From Candidatus Methylomirabilota bacterium (lineage in GTDB: Bacteria > Methylomirabilota > Methylomirabilia > Rokubacteriales > CSP1-6), in the NCBI GenBank assembly GCA_046727155.1, contig JBKPCB010000063.1:1-57543 (forward strand): a stretch of 57,543 bases of DNA, read 5' to 3'. This document shows positions 37,675 through 47,108 of the stretch, piece after piece. The translations under genes were made by a program, and so were the position numbers. The notes under the pieces were generated by a model, which worked only from the letters and a program-made list of their open reading frames with translations, did not search any database and was not told where the DNA came from. Numbering within the stretch: the first letter of the stretch is position 1; each line of letters opens with the position of its first letter.

Positions 37675-37690
37675 AGCAAACATGGTGCCA
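37675..37690 (-). promoter_or_regulatory. sigma54 promoter of the ANTAR gene (consensus)
   Basis: TGGCAC-CATGT-TTGCT, ending 13 nt before the ATG. Confidence 0.88.
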
Positions 37691-37741
37691 GCAGCAAACG
37701 TGGGAAAAGCGGGGTATTCGCGGCGCGGGGGCGAGAGGACC

Positions 37742-37787
37742 TGCTCACGCGGCAAGCAAGCAGACTCGAACGCCCAGCGTATGGGCA
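37742..37787. promoter_or_regulatory. Pair of 17-bp NtrC-like enhancer palindromes upstream of the ANTAR gene
   Basis: TGCTCACGCGGCAAGCA (37742-37758) and CGCCCAGCGTATGGGCA (37771-37787); 29-bp spacing. Confidence 0.68.
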
Positions 37788-37808
37788 GCCTTCCGGCGAG
37801 GGTGAAGC

Positions 37809-37836
37809 CCGCCCGGCGCTCGAATGCGCCGGGCGG
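37809..37836 (-). terminator. Hairpin downstream of glnA (possible terminator)
   Basis: CCGCCCGGCGC-6 nt-GCGCCGGGCGG 11-bp stem; weak U-tract. Confidence 0.5.
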
Positions 37837-37860
37837 TAAGGTGCGCGTCGAATGCCCAGG

Positions 37861-39285
37861 CTAGATGTCGAAGTACAGCGCGAACTCGTACGGATGCGGA
37901 CGCAGCCGGACGGGATCCACCTCGTTCTTGCGCTTGTATTCGATCCAGGTCTCGATCAGGTCGGGCGTGAAGACGTCGCCCTTGAGAAGGAACTCGTGAT
38001 CCTTCTCGAGATTGTCGAGCACGATGTCGAGGGCGCCCGGGAGCTGCTTGATCTTCTTCGCCTCGGCCGGCGGCAGCTCGTAGAGATCCTTGTCCACGGG
38101 CTTGCCGGGGTCGATCTTGTTGGCGACGCCGTCGAGCCCGGCCATCACGCAGGCCGCGAAGGACAGATACGGATTGCACGTCGGGTCGGGCGTGCGGAAC
38201 TCGATGCGCTTGGCGCCCTCCGATTTGCTGTACATCGGGATGCGGATGCAGGCCGAGCGGTTGCGCTGGCTGTAGACGAGGTTGATCGGTGCCTCGTATC
38301 CCGGCACCAGGCGCTTGTAGCTGTTCGTGCTGGGCGCGATGAAGGCCAGCAACGCCGGGGCGTGCTTGAGAATGCCCCCGATGTAGTGCAGGCACATCTT
38401 CGAGATGTCGGCGTAGCCGCCACGCTCGTAGAAAAGATTCTTGCCATTCCGCCACAGGGACTGGTGGGTGTGCATTCCCGAGCCGTTATCCTGGAAGAGC
38501 GGCTTGGGCATGAACGTCGCCGTCTTGCCCCATTTCTTCGCGGTATTCTTGGCGCAGTACTTGTACCAGCAGACCTTGTCGGCCATCTTGGTTAGCGTGT
38601 CGAAGCGCATGTCGACCTCGGTCTGCCCGCCGGTCGCCACCTCGTGGTGGTGCACCTCCACCCGGACGCCGACCGACTCCAGCGCCAGCACCATGTCGGA
38701 ACGGATATCCTGGAACTTATCCATGGGCGGCACCGGGAAGTACCCCTGCTTGTAGCGCGGCTTGTAGCCCAGGTTGGGCCGGTCGGGCGTGCCCTCCTGC
38801 CCCGAGTTCCAGAAGCCGGCCTCGGAGTCGATGAAGTAGTAGCCGGAGTTGTAGGTCTGGTCGAACCGGATCGAATCGAAGAAGAAGAACTCTAGCTCTG
38901 GCCCGATATAGATCGTGTCGGCCGCGCCGGACTTCTTGACGTAGGCCTCCGCCTTCTGGGCTACGTAGCGGGGGTCGCGGCTGTAGGCCTTGCCGGTGAT
39001 CGGATCCTTCACATTGCAGATCAGCACGAGCGTTGGGACGGCCGTGAAGGGGTCCATCTGGGCCGTGGCCGGATCGGGCATGAGTAGCATGTCCGACTCA
39101 TCGATGGTCTGGAATCCACGGATCGAGGACCCGTCGAAGCCGAGGCCCTCTTCGAAGATGTCCTCTTTGAGCTCAGAAACCGGAATGGAGAAATGCTGCC
39201 AGAGGCCAGGGAGATCGATGAAGCGCAGATCGACGATCTTGGCGCCTTTCTCCTTGGCCATTTTCACAACGTCCTTCGGGGTCAT
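37861..39285 (-). CDS. glnA: Glutamine synthetase type I
   Basis: [50 protein letters not shown] adenylylation Tyr. Confidence 0.98.
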   Translation of the reverse strand: MTPKDVVKMAKEKGAKIVDLRFIDLPGLWQHFSIPVSELKEDIFEEGLGFDGSSIRGFQTIDESDMLLMPDPATAQMDPFTAVPTLVLICNVKDPITGKAYSRDPRYVAQKAEAYVKKSGAADTIYIGPELEFFFFDSIRFDQTYNSGYYFIDSEAGFWNSGQEGTPDRPNLGYKPRYKQGYFPVPPMDKFQDIRSDMVLALESVGVRVEVHHHEVATGGQTEVDMRFDTLTKMADKVCWYKYCAKNTAKKWGKTATFMPKPLFQDNGSGMHTHQSLWRNGKNLFYERGGYADISKMCLHYIGGILKHAPALLAFIAPSTNSYKRLVPGYEAPINLVYSQRNRSACIRIPMYSKSEGAKRIEFRTPDPTCNPYLSFAACVMAGLDGVANKIDPGKPVDKDLYELPPAEAKKIKQLPGALDIVLDNLEKDHEFLLKGDVFTPDLIETWIEYKRKNEVDPVRLRPHPYEFALYFDI

Positions 39286-39362
39286 GCGTCAGCCTCCTTG
39301 TCCGCTAGCGTGGGATGGAGTTTCGGGGGCCGGCAGGGCGCCTCTGCCCCACTGGCCAGACA

Positions 39363-39391
39363 ACATTACGAGGCCCGATTCGCCCCGTCAA
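39363..39391 (-). promoter_or_regulatory. Internal sigma70-type promoter of glnA
   Basis: TTGACG-17 nt-TAATGT between amtB and glnA. Confidence 0.6.
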
Positions 39392-39420
39392 GCGCTCCGG
39401 TCGGCTTCAACCCACCCTGC

Positions 39421-40893
39421 CTAATGCCCGGCGCGCGCCTTGGCTTCCGCCGCCTTCATGGCCTCCGCGAAGGCGCCGGAGCCGGCCCCGACCGAGTACT
39501 CCCCGTAGGACGAGCCGCCCAACACATAGGCCGTCTCCGAGTGCTGGGAGAGATCGAGGCCCGCCACTTCGTCCTCTTCCGTCACCCGCAGCCCCATGAC
39601 GGCATCCAGCACCTTGAGGATGATCGTGGTCACCACAAAGCCCAGGATCCAGGTCACGGCGACGGCCACGAGCTGTATCCAGAGCTGGTGCGGGTTGCCG
39701 TAGAAGAGCCCATCGCCGCCCGCGTCGTTGACGGCCTTGGTCGCGAACAGCCCCGTCGCCAGCGCCCCCCAGGTCCCTCCGACGCCGTGCACGCCCACCA
39801 CGTCCAGCGAGTCGTCGTACCCAAGCCTCGCCTTGAAGTTGCAGGCCGTGTAGCACAGCACCCCCGCCACACCCCCGATCACGATGGCCGCCATTGGCGT
39901 GACGAAGCCCGCCGCGGGAGTAATCGCGACCAGGCCCGCCACGGCTCCCGAGGCGGCGCCCAGCACGGTGGGCTTGCCGCGCGAGTTCCACTCGGTGAAC
40001 ATCCAGCCCAGCACCGCGGCCGCTGTGGCTGTGTTCGTGGTCGTGAAGGCATGGGCCGCCAAGCCGTTGGCGGCGAGCGCGCTGCCGGCATTGAAGCCGA
40101 ACCAGCCGAACCACAGCAAGCTCGCGCCCAGCACGGTGAGCGGCAGGTTGTGGGGCGGCATCGGCTGATGGCCGTATCCCTTGCGCTTGCCGATGACCAA
40201 TGCGGCCGCCAGCGCCGAGATACCGGAGGAGATGTGCACGACGGTTCCGCCTGCGAAGTCGAGCGCGCCCCACTCGTGCAACCAGCCTTTCGCGCCCCAG
40301 ACCCAGTGGGCGAGCGGATCGTAGACGAAGGTCGCCCAGGCCAGGATGAAGACCAGGAAGGTGGAGAACTTCTTCCGCTCCGCGAACGACCCCGTGATCA
40401 ATGCCGGAGTGATCACGGCGAACATCATCTGGAACAGCATGAAGGCCTGATGCGGGATCGTTGCCGCGTAATCCGGATTGGGCGCCGCCCCCACGCCCCG
40501 GAGGCCGACCCAATCGAGTCCCCCGATGAGGCCCCCGCGGTCGGGCCCGAAGGCCAGCGAGTAGCCCCAGAGCACCCACTGGATCGAGATCAGCGCGAGG
40601 ACGATGAAGCTTTGCATCAGCGTGCCGAGCGCATTCTTCTGCCTGACCATGCCGCCATAGAACAGCGCCAGGCCGGGCGCCGTCATGAGCAGCACGAGCG
40701 CGGCCGAGGTCAGCACCCAGGCGGTATCGCCCGAATCGATCTTCGCAGCCGGCGACGCCGTGCTCGCCTGCGGCGCCTGGGCCGGGGGGGCCACGGGGGC
40801 CACGGGGGCCTGAGCCAAGGCAGGCGCGACCAGGCTCAGAGCCGCGAGGATCAAAATGAAAGCCAGCACCGCCGATCGCGTCGTTCGAGTCAC
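39421..40893 (-). CDS. amtB: Ammonium transporter
   Basis: GTG after AAGGAG; PGLALFYGG, FQMMFA, DFAGGTVVH, WFGWFGFNAGS, DDSLDVVGVHG twin-His. Confidence 0.97.
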   Translation of the reverse strand: MTRTTRSAVLAFILILAALSLVAPALAQAPVAPVAPPAQAPQASTASPAAKIDSGDTAWVLTSAALVLLMTAPGLALFYGGMVRQKNALGTLMQSFIVLALISIQWVLWGYSLAFGPDRGGLIGGLDWVGLRGVGAAPNPDYAATIPHQAFMLFQMMFAVITPALITGSFAERKKFSTFLVFILAWATFVYDPLAHWVWGAKGWLHEWGALDFAGGTVVHISSGISALAAALVIGKRKGYGHQPMPPHNLPLTVLGASLLWFGWFGFNAGSALAANGLAAHAFTTTNTATAAAVLGWMFTEWNSRGKPTVLGAASGAVAGLVAITPAAGFVTPMAAIVIGGVAGVLCYTACNFKARLGYDDSLDVVGVHGVGGTWGALATGLFATKAVNDAGGDGLFYGNPHQLWIQLVAVAVTWILGFVVTTIILKVLDAVMGLRVTEEDEVAGLDLSQHSETAYVLGGSSYGEYSVGAGSGAFAEAMKAAEAKARAGH

Positions 40894-40930
40894 CGACTGG
40901 TCTCCTTGAGCGTCGGATGCCAGGCCAGGG

Positions 40931-41428
<498 letters not shown>

Positions 41429-41435
41429 GCGCGCG

Positions 41436-41849
41436 TCAGTCTCTCCAAAGCTCCTGATCCACCGGCGTGACCTGCTTGCCGGCGGTACTGACAACCTCAG
41501 CGGCCTCGGGCACCGCGATCCGGAGCGCGGCCCAGACGTCTCGGAGGTCCGGCGTTTTCGCCGCTATGTGGACTCCGGTGATGGGGGGCCGATCGCCGAA
41601 CCCGACCGTGCCGGAACACACCACGATTGGAATATGCACGCCCCGCTTCTGGAGGCGCTGGACGAAGTCGAATCCGTCCATCTTGGGCATCCGCAAGTCG
41701 AGAATGACGACGTCGGGCCGGACCGCGTCGAGTACCGACAAGGCCTGAAATCCGTCCATCGCCTCGAAGACCTCGAATCGGGTCTCGAAAGTCATCCTGT
41801 ACAAGTTCCGCCAGGCGGGATCATCGTCAACGATCAGCATTCTAGGCAT
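41436..41849 (-). CDS. Single-domain response regulator
   Basis: SD GGAGG; MPRMLIVDDD, VILDLRMPKMDG, VVCSG, KTP. Confidence 0.82.
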   Translation of the reverse strand: MPRMLIVDDDPAWRNLYRMTFETRFEVFEAMDGFQALSVLDAVRPDVVILDLRMPKMDGFDFVQRLQKRGVHIPIVVCSGTVGFGDRPPITGVHIAAKTPDLRDVWAALRIAVPEAAEVVSTAGKQVTPVDQELWRD

Positions 41850-41877
41850 GGATTTGCACCTCCCCGTGCCCCCTCTA

Positions 41878-41893
41878 CGCAAGCAATCTGCCA
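41878..41893 (-). promoter_or_regulatory. sigma54 promoter of the single-domain REC gene
   Basis: TGGCAG-ATTGC-TTGCG. Confidence 0.65.
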
Positions 41894-42009
41894 AGTCCTG
41901 AGTTCAAGTCTGACGGGCACTTAGGGCCATGGTGCTGAGGAAGGACGGCAGGGGGATGACAGGATGAACTGACATCCCGTCGTCGAGCGAACACGGATGG
42001 CGGCTGAGG

Positions 42010-43371
42010 TTAGTTGGCCCGCCGCTGGGGGATGCCGTGGCGGCGCATTTTCGAATACAGGGTCGGACGACGTAGTCCGAGCAGCGCCGCTGCGGCCTGC
42101 TTGTTCCAGCCCGTGGATTCCAACGCCCGAACAATGGACACGCGCTCGATCTCCTCGAGCGAGCCTGGCGGGGGCGCTGAACCGGCCGCCGAGGCCACCT
42201 CAACCTGGAGCGGTTCGGGCAAGTCGGACAGGGTAATGTCCTGGCCGCGCGCCACCAAGATCCCGCGCTCGATGGCGTGCTCGAGCTCCCGCACATTTCC
42301 CGGCCAGCCATAGGCCAGCAGGCGCCGGTACGCCTCGGGGTCGATTCCCTCGACTGGCCGCCCGTGCTTGGCCGCAAAGCCGCCCAGGAAGGCCTTGGCC
42401 AGCACGGGAATGTCACCCGTGCGCTCCCGCAGCGGGGGAAGCGCCACGGTCACGGTATTGATCCGGAAGTAGAGGTCCTGCCGAAGGCGCCCTTCGCGCA
42501 GCGCCGAATCCGGGTCTCGGTTGGTGGAGCATATGAGTCGGAAGTCGACCGGGACTGAACGGGCCCCGCCCAGGCGGCGGACTGTGTGGTCTTCGAGCAC
42601 TCGCAGGAGCTTGGCCTGAAGGTCTAGCGGCATCTCGGTGATCTCGTCCAGGAGAAGGGAACCGCGATGCGCCTCCTCGAGCAGGCCGGCTTTGTCGGTG
42701 GTGGCGCCGGTAAAGGCGCCCTTGACATGGCCGAAGAGCTCGGACTCGATCAGATCCTTGGGCAGCGCCGCACAGTTGATCTTGATCAGCGGTCCGTCGG
42801 CCCGGTTGCTCCTCGCGTGGACCGCATTGGCCACCAGTTCCTTGCCGGTGCCGCTCTCACCGATGACGAGCACGTTGGCATCGGAGGCAGCCACCGAGTC
42901 GAGCAGGTCGAACACGCGCTTGATCGCCGGCGAGGAGCCCAGCATCTCGCCATAGGCGGAGTGCTCGGCCAGCTTTCGACGCAGGTCGGACGTCTCCGCC
43001 AGGAGCCGCTGGCGCTCGAGCGCCTTGGCCACGAGCATGAGCATCTCCTCCGAGTCGAAGGGCTTGGCGACGAAGTAGAAGGCTCCCTGCTTGGTCGCTT
43101 CCACGGCCTTCGAGATTGAGGAGTGACCGGTCATGATGATCACTTCCATGGAGGGCGCCTTGCCCTTGAGGAGCCGCAGCAGGTGCAGGCCGTCGCCGTC
43201 GGGGAGCACCAGGTCCACCAGGGCCAGCGAGAACTCCCGCTCATCCATCCGAAGCATCGCGCCGACAGTATTAGCCGCCGTATCGACGTCGTAGCCCTGG
43301 GCCTCCAGGGTCATGCGAAGGTTGTCGGCGATGATCGCCTGGTCGTCGACAACGAGAATCCTGGGCTTCAC
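42010..43371 (-). CDS. sigma54-dependent activator, REC-AAA+-HTH (NtrC/AtoC/ZraR family)
   Basis: VDLVLP receiver, GESGTGKE, ESELFGH, GAFTGA, LLDEI, WPGNVREL, C-terminal HTH LGLRRPTLYSK. Confidence 0.95.
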   Translation of the reverse strand: MKPRILVVDDQAIIADNLRMTLEAQGYDVDTAANTVGAMLRMDEREFSLALVDLVLPDGDGLHLLRLLKGKAPSMEVIIMTGHSSISKAVEATKQGAFYFVAKPFDSEEMLMLVAKALERQRLLAETSDLRRKLAEHSAYGEMLGSSPAIKRVFDLLDSVAASDANVLVIGESGTGKELVANAVHARSNRADGPLIKINCAALPKDLIESELFGHVKGAFTGATTDKAGLLEEAHRGSLLLDEITEMPLDLQAKLLRVLEDHTVRRLGGARSVPVDFRLICSTNRDPDSALREGRLRQDLYFRINTVTVALPPLRERTGDIPVLAKAFLGGFAAKHGRPVEGIDPEAYRRLLAYGWPGNVRELEHAIERGILVARGQDITLSDLPEPLQVEVASAAGSAPPPGSLEEIERVSIVRALESTGWNKQAAAALLGLRRPTLYSKMRRHGIPQRRAN

Positions 43372-43460
43372 GGCATCCTCCGGGAGCGCATGCTAATTTA
43401 CCACCCTAACATAGCTTTCCGGGAACTGTCACCATGCTGACACATGGTCCCAGAGGGCCC

Positions 43461-44453
43461 TCAGGGCTGCCGATGGCGGGAGAAGAACTCCCAGATCACC
43501 TCGCTGTCGATGTCCCGGCTGGCGCGGCCTATGACTTGGCTGGGAAGGTACTGCGGTCCCCCCGGCCAGACATGGCCCCCACCCTCCATCACGTAGAGGA
43601 TCACTTCACTACCGCTGCGGCATCCGCTGAGCGCCTCCCGTCTCACCCTCACGCCGTCGGAGGGGTCGCGGTCGGGTTCGCGAGTGATGACGGGAGTCGC
43701 GGCACAGCGGTTGTGACGCGCCCAGAGGGCTACCGTCTCGCCTACCGAGGCGACCCTTCCGGACCGAACCCGCCCGAACACGCGGACCGGCCCGCCGAGG
43801 AAGGGCACGAGGGGATCATCGGTGCCATTGACCATGAGCACTGACACCGGGCGGATCGGCCTGCATCGTCCCGCGAGCTCGATGCCGATGGTTGCCGCCA
43901 CCGGCGCGATGGCGGCCACGCGCGTCGAGGCTTCGCAGCCGAGCCGTTGGGCCATGAATCCGCCGTTCGAGATTCCCGTCGCGTACACGCGCCCCGCATC
44001 CACCCGGTAGCGGCGGGACACCTCGTCCACGAGGCCGGTGAGGAAGCTCACGTCGTCAACCTTCATTCGTTCCGCGGGCACGTCGGGATCTTCCCTGCCG
44101 TCGTTCCAGCTCCGCCCTCTCCCGTCGGGATAAATGACAAGGAAGCCGTGGCGATCGGCGAGGCGCGAAAGGCCGGTCAGGCCGGGCATGCTTCGCCCCT
44201 GGGCGCCGCCTCCGTGCAGGGCCAGAACCAATGGCCAGCCGGAGTCTGCTTCATAGCGAGGGGGGACGTGGAGGAGATAGGTTCGCGTAACGCCATCGGA
44301 CGGGAGCGATCCATGAATGTCGCCGCGCCGGACTCCGTCGGCTGGAGCCTGCGCTTCGCCGCCCAGCGCCGAAGCCGCGAGCAAACCCGCGAACAACAGG
44401 GCGCCAGCCAGCGCGCCCATAAGGATGCGATACCTCTCGCCGGGCGCGCCCAC
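43461..44453 (-). CDS. Secreted alpha/beta-hydrolase, PHB-depolymerase/LpqC-like esterase (start 44453 GTG or 44420 ATG)
   Basis: Signal-like segment; PLVLALHGG, GISNGG nucleophile elbow, GTDDPLVP, GGHVWPGG. Confidence 0.85.
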   Translation of the reverse strand: MGAPGERYRILMGALAGALLFAGLLAASALGGEAQAPADGVRRGDIHGSLPSDGVTRTYLLHVPPRYEADSGWPLVLALHGGGAQGRSMPGLTGLSRLADRHGFLVIYPDGRGRSWNDGREDPDVPAERMKVDDVSFLTGLVDEVSRRYRVDAGRVYATGISNGGFMAQRLGCEASTRVAAIAPVAATIGIELAGRCRPIRPVSVLMVNGTDDPLVPFLGGPVRVFGRVRSGRVASVGETVALWARHNRCAATPVITREPDRDPSDGVRVRREALSGCRSGSEVILYVMEGGGHVWPGGPQYLPSQVIGRASRDIDSEVIWEFFSRHRQP

Positions 44454-44515
44454 GTCCGGCGAGCGTAGCACCCGCGGCCTTGACAGGCAATCGCTCGGGG
44501 GGGAATATGCGACCC

Positions 44516-45481
44516 ATGCACTTCGGAATTTCGCTGCCGGGCCGTGGACCGCTCGCCACGCCGGACGCACTCGTCAAGCTCGCCGAGAAGGCCGATGCGC
44601 TCCGCTTTTCCTCTCTCTTCGTGACCGATCACGTCGTGATCCCGACGAGCTACAGCTCGCCCTATCCGTATTCGCCAACGGGAAAGTTCGCCGGCGACTG
44701 GACCAATGGCTATCTGGAGCCGCTGGCCCTGATGAGCTTTCTGGGCGGAGTGACCACCCGGATCCGTCTCGGCACAAGCGTGCTGGTCATTCCGTACCGC
44801 AATCCGGTCGTGACGGCGAAGATGCTCGCCACGCTCGACGTGATGTGCGGCGGCCGCGTCATCCTGGGTGCCGGCGTCGGGTGGCTCAAGGAAGAGTTCG
44901 AGGTGCTGGGCGCCCCGCCCTACGCCGAGCGGGGAAAAGTCACCGACGAGTACCTGCGCCTCATGCGCGCGTGCTGGACCCAGGAACCGGCGGAGTTCAA
45001 AGGCTCCCACTATCGCCTGCCGCCCGTCAGCGCGTTGCCGAAGCCAAAGCAGAAGAATGGCATTCCGATCTGGACCGGCGGCCACACCGACGCTGCCCTC
45101 CGGCGCGCAGGCGAGCTGGCCGACGGCTGGCATCCCATCGGGATGCGCGCACCCGCCATGCTCTACCCGGCCGAATACGCGGAACGGGCGGCGATCGTGC
45201 ACGGCTGGGCACGGAAAGCGGGGCGGGAGGCCAAGAGCATCACGCTGAGCTTTCGCGTCCCGCTCGATCTGGCGCCAAAGCGGGCCAAGCCACAAGGAGG
45301 CGACCGGCTGCTCTTCCGGGGCACCGCGGCGGAGGTGATCGAAGACATCCGGAGCTACCAGGCGCTCGGGGTGACTCACTTCGTCTTCGACCTCGCGCCC
45401 CAGGATCTCCGCGGCGCCCTCGGGCTCATCGATCGTTTCGCCGAAGACGTCAGACCCAAAACCCTCCGGGCCGCGAAGTAA
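44516..45481 (+). CDS. LLM-class probable F420-dependent oxidoreductase
   Basis: DHVVIP, YPY, RLGTSVLVIPYRNP, GAGVGWLKEEF, IWTGG, LADGWHP; TTGACA (44480)-17-GAATAT with ATG 7 nt later. Confidence 0.88.
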   Translation: MHFGISLPGRGPLATPDALVKLAEKADALRFSSLFVTDHVVIPTSYSSPYPYSPTGKFAGDWTNGYLEPLALMSFLGGVTTRIRLGTSVLVIPYRNPVVTAKMLATLDVMCGGRVILGAGVGWLKEEFEVLGAPPYAERGKVTDEYLRLMRACWTQEPAEFKGSHYRLPPVSALPKPKQKNGIPIWTGGHTDAALRRAGELADGWHPIGMRAPAMLYPAEYAERAAIVHGWARKAGREAKSITLSFRVPLDLAPKRAKPQGGDRLLFRGTAAEVIEDIRSYQALGVTHFVFDLAPQDLRGALGLIDRFAEDVRPKTLRAAK

Positions 45482-45489
45482 TCTCCCTC

Positions 45490-45924
45490 ATGCCGTCAAT
45501 CCCAGCTTCGGTCGCCGGCTTCATTTCCGCCGGGCGGGTCGGTCATCTAGGCACCGCGGACGCCTCGGGCCGCCCGCTCGTCGTCCCGATCTGTTATGCC
45601 TTCGACGGCGCGGCGCTGTTCTCCGCCGTGGACGCGAAACCCAAGTCGGAGGCGCCCGAGCGCCTCAGGCGGATTCGAAACATCAGGGCGAATACGAAGG
45701 TCTCGGTGGTCATCGACCATTACGAGGAAGACTGGGCCCGCCTGCGTCACGTGCTCATCCAAGGGGATGCCGAAGTTCTGACGGGCGGCGTCGAATTCTC
45801 CCGCGGCGCCGATCTCCTCCTCGAGAAGTATCCGCAATACCGGTCGATGGGGCTGAGTCGCGACACCGGAGTCATGATCAAGGTCACGCCGGCGCAGGTA
45901 CGGGAATGGCGTTACTCGAAGTGA
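45490..45924 (+). CDS. PPOX/FDOR-class probable F420-dependent enzyme
   Basis: GHLGTAD-GRP-VVP, SAVDAKPK, LRRIRNIRAN, DHYEEDW, LLEKYPQY. Confidence 0.85.
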   Translation: MPSIPASVAGFISAGRVGHLGTADASGRPLVVPICYAFDGAALFSAVDAKPKSEAPERLRRIRNIRANTKVSVVIDHYEEDWARLRHVLIQGDAEVLTGGVEFSRGADLLLEKYPQYRSMGLSRDTGVMIKVTPAQVREWRYSK

Positions 45925-47108
45925 CGGCGCTGGAGCGAGCGCTCGACCGGGTTTGTGAGGGGCGGACGCCCGGCGCAGACGAAGCCGCGGCGCTGCTCGA
46001 CACGCCCCCCGCGCGGATGCCGGTGCTGCTGGCGGCCGCCGCTGCGCTCCGGGATCGCGGCCACGGCCGGCGCATCACCTTCTCGGCCAAGGTCTTCGTG
46101 CCGCTCACGACCCTCTGCCGGGATTACTGCGGCTACTGCACGTTCCGCAAGGATCCGGGCGAGCCGGGCGCGCTCTCCATGACGCCGGACCAAGTCCTCG
46201 CTCTCGCGACGGCGGCAGAGCGGCTCGGCGCCAAGGAAGCGCTCTTCTCGCTGGGCGACAAGCCTGAGGCGCGCTTCGCCGAGCATCGCGACTTCCTGCG
46301 CCGCCTGGGTCACCGGACCACCCTCGAATACCTTCGGGCCGTGAGCGGGCTCGTGCTCAGGGAGACGTCGCTCCTGCCCCACGTGAACCCCGGGCTCATG
46401 ACCGAGCGCGACCTCGCAGCGCTGCGTGAGGTCAGCGTGAGCATGGGTCTCATGCTCGAGAGCGTGTCGGAGCGCTTGCTGGAGCGCGGCGCCGCCCACG
46501 ACCGCGCGCCCGACAAAGTGCCGGCCCGCCGCCTCAAGACCATTGTGCTCGCGGGCAAGCTCGCCATCCCCTTCACCACCGGCATCTTGATCGGTATCGG
46601 CGAGACCAAGCGGGAGCGGGCCGACTCTCTCCTCGCCATCAGGGACCTCCACGAGCGTTACGGGCACATCCAGGAGGTCATCATCCAGAACTTCCGGACG
46701 AAGCCGTCTATCCCGATGCGGGACTGGGCCGAGCCCGGACCGGAGGATCTTCTCCGCACCGTCGCTGTCGCGCGGCTCTTGCTCGGCTCCAGCATGAATA
46801 TTCAGGCGCCGCCGAATCTCACGGCGGAGGGATACGAGCACCTCCCGGCCGCTGGGCTCAACGACTGGGGCGGCGTCTCGCCCCTCACGCCAGACCACAT
46901 CAACCCTGAGCGACCGTGGCCCGTGCTGGCCGAGCTCCGCCGGCGCACGGAGGCCGCGGGACACCAGCTCCGCGAGCGCCTGGCGATCTATCCAGGGTAC
47001 GCGACCCGCCCCGAGTTCCTGGACGAGCGGCTCCGGCGGCGAGTCTCGGCGCTCATCGACGACGACGGCTTGGTGAGGCCCGAGCTGGAAAGGTGGAGAT
47101 CGTGGTGA
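45906..47108 (+). CDS. cofG: FO synthase subunit CofG (radical SAM)
   Basis: VFVPLTTLCRDYCGYCTF, LPHVNPG, SMGLMLE, QEVIIQNF, QAPPNL, DWGGVSPLTPDHINPE. Confidence 0.93.
   Translation: MALLEVTALERALDRVCEGRTPGADEAAALLDTPPARMPVLLAAAAALRDRGHGRRITFSAKVFVPLTTLCRDYCGYCTFRKDPGEPGALSMTPDQVLALATAAERLGAKEALFSLGDKPEARFAEHRDFLRRLGHRTTLEYLRAVSGLVLRETSLLPHVNPGLMTERDLAALREVSVSMGLMLESVSERLLERGAAHDRAPDKVPARRLKTIVLAGKLAIPFTTGILIGIGETKRERADSLLAIRDLHERYGHIQEVIIQNFRTKPSIPMRDWAEPGPEDLLRTVAVARLLLGSSMNIQAPPNLTAEGYEHLPAAGLNDWGGVSPLTPDHINPERPWPVLAELRRRTEAAGHQLRERLAIYPGYATRPEFLDERLRRRVSALIDDDGLVRPELERWRSW

Noticed and set aside
41855-41870. GGCAC-GGGGAG-GTGCA as another sigma54 promoter
   Set aside because: Spacing is one base too long and it contains the SD of the REC gene; the correctly spaced site is 41878-41893.
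42010-43371. Naming the sigma54 activator ntrC/glnG
   Set aside because: No adjacent ntrB and the HTH recognition helix is not NtrC-like, so the symbol is left blank.
44317-45489. Apparent long N-terminal extensions or fusions in the ORF track (PPOX 44317, urtD 33516, npdG 50717, cofD 49052, cofC 49894, pstB 18547)
   Set aside because: Extensions overlap upstream genes in another frame; family motifs begin at the later starts, which show stop/start coupling or SD motifs.
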